Shown: positions 28,745 to 32,000 of the stretch, one piece after another | Layout of the letters: every line of letters starts with the position of its first letter | Position numbering within the stretch: position 1 is the first letter of the stretch | Source: Methanocaldococcus jannaschii DSM 2661 | GTDB taxonomy: Archaea; AGJL01; Methanococci; Methanococcales; Methanocaldococcaceae | Direction of reading: 5' to 3' | Length of the DNA stretch: 32,000 bases | NCBI RefSeq assembly: GCF_000091665.1 | Contig: NC_000909.1 | Location: forward strand, 1,464,118-1,496,117 | Translations under genes and position numbers: made by a program | Notes under the pieces: model-generated | Database searches by the model: none | What the model saw: the letters and a program-made list of their open reading frames with translations, nothing else | What the model was told of the DNA's origin: nothing

Positions 28745-29856
28745 TCTTTGGTTCAAAACCTCGTGAAGACGAAATCGACAGTGTAGATAGATACATGACA
28801 AAACTATTCCTTCGCATAATTTTCATTCCAGATTACACTAACAAAATACATGATTTGAGTGAAAATGTTTCTAAAAATATTAAAAATCTTATCATGGAAT
28901 TAAAAAGTGGAAATATATTTGAAATTAACAAAATTCTGGATGATTTAGAATATAATATTTACACAATTGATGATGAGTCTTTAACAATCAAAGAGAGAGT
29001 TTATAATGCAGTTGAGATAATATTTAAGGTAGTATCTAACGAAATACTAAGAACGGAAAGCATAGATGACAAAGAATTAGAAATTATTAAAAAACTGCAT
29101 GAATTAGTGGTGTTAACTGATAAAGTCCTTAGAATTACTTACAATTCACTTAATAGAAGTTTAGAAGATATTAATAGCTATAGAAGGATTATAGCTAATA
29201 ACAATCTTCCAGATGACATTATTCGTAGGTTAAACATAATAAACGCCTACATTGAGAAAATTAAGAGTGATATATTAAGTATGAGAGAAAATGAGCAAAG
29301 AGTATTGATTATTTGCCTATCAAAGTTTTATAATTTATATTTATCAAAAGATAAAAAAGAAAGAGAAAAATTGGCAGATGAAATTAAAAATTTAATAGAA
29401 TATCTATATTTTGATTGGTATTATGACTTTATTGATAACATTGGAGAATATGAGTTTAAGTTTATAAAAAATATAGCCGCTATGTGTTTGCTATATGATT
29501 ATACAAAAGAATTGGAGAAAGATGGTAGTAAAGAGATGTTTAACCATGTAATTTTCAAAATTTTGAGAAATGGAGGTTTTAAAGTTAAAGAGTATGATAT
29601 TATTGAGACATTGTTGAATATTAGGGAAAATTTACCTAAATCATCTAAGATAGATGTTAGATACTTTGATAAGGAGTTAATAAAGATTATTAGAGGAATT
29701 GTTAGAGAATCAAAAAAGGATGTGTTTTATAATAATATGAAGAGGTTGAAGGAGTTTGTTGAAGAGCTAAGAGAGATGGAAAAGAAATTAAGTGAGGCTA
29801 ATAATATAACTCTACATGATTTGAGGAAATTGGGGTTTAATGATATGTTTCTTTGA
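28732..29856 (+). CDS. Helical/coiled-coil protein of unknown function
   Basis: 374-aa ORF overlapping the upstream gene by 13 nt. TTG start in the track; a start at MTKLFL near 28795 is possible. Confidence 0.78.
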   Translation: MLSIIFGSKPREDEIDSVDRYMTKLFLRIIFIPDYTNKIHDLSENVSKNIKNLIMELKSGNIFEINKILDDLEYNIYTIDDESLTIKERVYNAVEIIFKVVSNEILRTESIDDKELEIIKKLHELVVLTDKVLRITYNSLNRSLEDINSYRRIIANNNLPDDIIRRLNIINAYIEKIKSDILSMRENEQRVLIICLSKFYNLYLSKDKKEREKLADEIKNLIEYLYFDWYYDFIDNIGEYEFKFIKNIAAMCLLYDYTKELEKDGSKEMFNHVIFKILRNGGFKVKEYDIIETLLNIRENLPKSSKIDVRYFDKELIKIIRGIVRESKKDVFYNNMKRLKEFVEELREMEKKLSEANNITLHDLRKLGFNDMFL

Positions 29857-29971
29857 TAATTATTAGGTTTGTTTATATAGATAATAAGATTGTAAAATAC
29901 TTTAATAAATAAAAGTTAAAAAATATAAATATTACTTCTACTTAATATTAAAATAAAGCTGAGGTGGTATC

Positions 29972-32000
29972 ATGAGAAATTTAATATCTTTGATAGCGTG
30001 GCATGATTCTGGATGGAATGGTAGAGTTTGTAGAAATCCAAAAGAAAATAAATATTGTGAGAGCTTTGGATATGTGATAAGAAAGAGAAAGTATGAATTT
30101 TGTGTAAATAATCCAGATGCTAATTTAGGAAATTCAAGAGAAAGAGCATGTAGTGAAGCAATAGTATTTTGTAAAGGGAAAGTACAGGAGCATAACATAA
30201 GATTTCCAGCAATATTTTATGTTGATAGAAAAAACAGAAATGAACATGAAATAAAAATGATAAAAAAAGAAATTGAAGAACAATTAAGAATGATTAACGG
30301 AAAATACGCAATACTTTATGTTAGAGAAAATCCTTTATCTGAAAATAGAGTAATAGTCGGATGTGTTAAAATAAAGGAAATAATAGATGGTAGCAAGGAT
30401 TACATTAGAAAAAAACAGAGTCCTAATAGAGTAGGAAGAGGCATTGTTTTTGATGTAGAGAATGATGTAATATTTGCTTTACCTTATCAAGAACTCTTAG
30501 AATACTGCAAAAATAAAAATAAAGAAATTGAAGAAATTCTAAAAGAATTTAATTTAATTTTTGAAGTTGGGGACTTTGAAAGATACTTTAAAGGCATGTC
30601 TAACTTTATATCCGATGAGGTGGCAGTCCAAATTCTTAAAAAAGGGCTTGAAATTGTTGAGGAATTCAATAAATTTAGAGAAGAAAATCAGGACTTTGAT
30701 AAATACTTAACTGATGAGAATATAGCATTTAGACCTCATGTTATGAAAAAGTTTGATGAATTCGCTGAAAATATAAAAAAGGTTATTGCAGAACTTGAAG
30801 GTAGTAAATATAAATATCCTGGACTTCCTGGAGTTCTTTATTTCTTAGGAATGGAAGATGCTTACTCAAGATATATTGAACTTTGGAAAAATGAAGGAGA
30901 AAAAGGAGAAGAGAAACTTTATAATGCATTAATTGAAAGTTTAGAAAATAGAAAAGAAAATTTAGAGTTTGGAATTACAAAAAAGGTTATAGACAAATTT
31001 ATAGCACAGAAGGAAGAGTTTAGAGAGTTTTTAAAAAATTATGCTGTTTATTATGAGTTATCTGCATTTAAACTTGAAAAAATTAAGGAACAATATGAAA
31101 AAGAATTTATTAATTTAGATAACATAATAAAAAATCCATACATTTTGGTTGAGGATTTAAAAGAAAATGATAGTTTTGAAAGGATAATATTTGAAGAGCT
31201 TGACTCATGGGAAAGAAGAAGATTGGGGGATAAATTTAATCCTTACAGTCCATATAGAGTTAGAGCTTTATTGGTTGAAATTCTAAAAAGGCATTTAAGT
31301 TCAGGAAACACTACAATTTCAACAAAAGACCTTAAAGATTTCTTTGAAAAAATGGATAAAGACATTGTAAAGATAACTTTTGATGAATTTTTAAGGATAA
31401 TTGAGGAATATAAAGACATAATATCTGAAAAAGTTGAAATAGTCAAAAAAGAAGTTAAAAATAATGAAAATAAAGAAATTATTGAATTATTTACCCTAAA
31501 AGAAATTAGAGAATATGAGGAGATAATTGAAAATACCATAAATTATCTCTTAAAGTCGAAAGCTCCAAATATTGATTTGAATCCATTAGAAATTAGAGAA
31601 AAATTAAGAATAAAAAACGAAAATAAAAAACCAGCGGGAGTTGATAATGAAGAATATGAAAAAGCTTTAGATATGCAAACTGAGGCAGTTGTAAATCTAC
31701 TTAAAAATAGAGTTGGAATATTAACAGGACCAGCAGGCACTGGAAAAACAACGGTCATAAAAACAATTATGGAATTAATGAAGGAAGTGCTTGGATTAAA
31801 TAAAATCTACATATTAACACCAACTGGAAAGTCAGCAATGGTCGTTAATGAAAAATTAAATAATTTAGCAACTGCAAAAACAATACATAGATATATTGCA
31901 GAGGAATTTAAAGATTATTTTGAGGGAGATAATTATTTCATCCTTAGATTGGATAAAATAACTGGTAATGACAAGAAAGAAATTGATGCTTTAATTATAG
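29972..32000 (+). CDS. RecD-like SF1 DNA helicase, 5' part (continues past the window)
   Basis: Open frame from ATG 29972 (SD GAGGTGGT) to the window end, missing from the ORF track because it has no stop. Walker A GILTGPAGTGKTTVIKTIMELM and ILTPTGKSAMVVNEKL (RecD2-type). Confidence 0.88.
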   Translation, partial: MRNLISLIAWHDSGWNGRVCRNPKENKYCESFGYVIRKRKYEFCVNNPDANLGNSRERACSEAIVFCKGKVQEHNIRFPAIFYVDRKNRNEHEIKMIKKEIEEQLRMINGKYAILYVRENPLSENRVIVGCVKIKEIIDGSKDYIRKKQSPNRVGRGIVFDVENDVIFALPYQELLEYCKNKNKEIEEILKEFNLIFEVGDFERYFKGMSNFISDEVAVQILKKGLEIVEEFNKFREENQDFDKYLTDENIAFRPHVMKKFDEFAENIKKVIAELEGSKYKYPGLPGVLYFLGMEDAYSRYIELWKNEGEKGEEKLYNALIESLENRKENLEFGITKKVIDKFIAQKEEFREFLKNYAVYYELSAFKLEKIKEQYEKEFINLDNIIKNPYILVEDLKENDSFERIIFEELDSWERRRLGDKFNPYSPYRVRALLVEILKRHLSSGNTTISTKDLKDFFEKMDKDIVKITFDEFLRIIEEYKDIISEKVEIVKKEVKNNENKEIIELFTLKEIREYEEIIENTINYLLKSKAPNIDLNPLEIREKLRIKNENKKPAGVDNEEYEKALDMQTEAVVNLLKNRVGILTGPAGTGKTTVIKTIMELMKEVLGLNKIYILTPTGKSAMVVNEKLNNLATAKTIHRYIAEEFKDYFEGDNYFILRLDKITGNDKKEIDALII

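Noticed and set aside
30487-31758. Minus-strand ORFs 30487-30669, 31243-31539 and 31543-31758
   Set aside because: Antisense to the open RecD-like helicase frame, which carries Walker A at about 31.7 kb.

Overview
This AT-rich archaeal window is collinear, as far as I can recognise, with the Methanocaldococcus jannaschii chromosome around MJ1490-MJ1519. The organism call comes from remembered gene content and protein lengths, not a database search. The window is densely coded. Features: dihydroorotase, small membrane proteins, a SWIM zinc-finger protein, an AAA ATPase, a ClpP/SppA-class membrane protease, DUF192, an M20 peptidase, a restriction-modification locus that looks like MjaV (GTAC) with an unassigned third ORF, F420-dependent NADP reductase, RNase Z with an HTH regulator, UDP-GlcNAc 2-epimerase, the Hef helicase/nuclease, a NEW3-type secreted protein divergent from a MacB-like ABC transporter, a doublet histone-fold (DUF1931-like) protein, Taw3, a CMD-family protein, and a reverse gyrase interrupted by a 494-aa LAGLIDADG intein. 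These are followed by a CARF-like HTH regulator, GGCT, a class-II amidotransferase fused to a winged helix, a run of small membrane and unknown proteins, and the 5' part of a RecD-like helicase. Best new-looking signals: (1) two 95-bp intergenic elements with 16-bp perfect terminal inverted repeats and an internal hairpin whose stem is conserved by compensatory changes, plus a degenerate third copy; (2) about 13-fold depletion of GTAC across the window (7 sites by eye, two of them inside the orphan R-M ORF); (3) several perfect palindromes or inverted repeats in promoter regions (reverse gyrase, histone-fold protein, CARF-like regulator, CMD leader); (4) a six-gene run ending in a RecD-like helicase. 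No tRNA, rRNA or CRISPR array was seen.
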